Origin: Amoebidium appalachense
Taxonomy: Eukaryota > Protista > Ichthyosporea
NCBI GenBank assembly: GCA_963693365.1
Contig: CAVNZM010000005.1
Location: 3,120,202-3,184,201 of the forward strand
DNA length: 64,000 bases
Reading direction: 5' to 3'
Shown piece by piece: positions 63,995-64,000 of this stretch. The position numbers were made by a program, and so were the translations under genes. Within the stretch, counting starts at the first letter, position 1. The number at the start of each line of letters is the position of its first letter. The notes below the pieces were generated by a model. That model did not search any database. It saw only the letters and a list, made by a program, of their open reading frames with translations, and was not told the origin of the DNA.

Positions 63995-64000
63995 CCCCGC

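Overview
This window is eukaryotic and intron-rich, with dense (CA)n/(TG)n, (GA)n and poly-G/poly-C tracts; most ORFs in the supplied track are repeat translations. The gene content suggests an opisthokont such as a unicellular holozoan, but that is inference. Supported genes: the 3' end of the WD40 U5 snRNP protein SNRNP40 (+), a wax ester synthase/DGAT (-), an intronless secreted class-3 lipase with a Kazal-like Cys module (+), a 17-exon PH-domain PAK/STE20 kinase with a degenerate CRIB core (-) and a multi-exon RhoGAP (-). The 13-34 kb interval is a gene-poor mosaic of shuffled repeat modules. It holds an orphan 193-aa membrane-protein ORF, a TA-flanked Tc1/mariner (pogo-like) non-autonomous element and LINE debris. 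It also holds a 3.5-kb palindrome (25523-29044), the most unusual structure in the window. The palindrome is built from two inverted copies of a ~1.32-kb element 'E' that has no TIRs. Both copies sit at the same CACGTA site of a repeat 'A'. One copy has a 6-bp target duplication, the other has a partial head-to-tail tandem, and an empty-site paralog of A lies at 14.9 kb.
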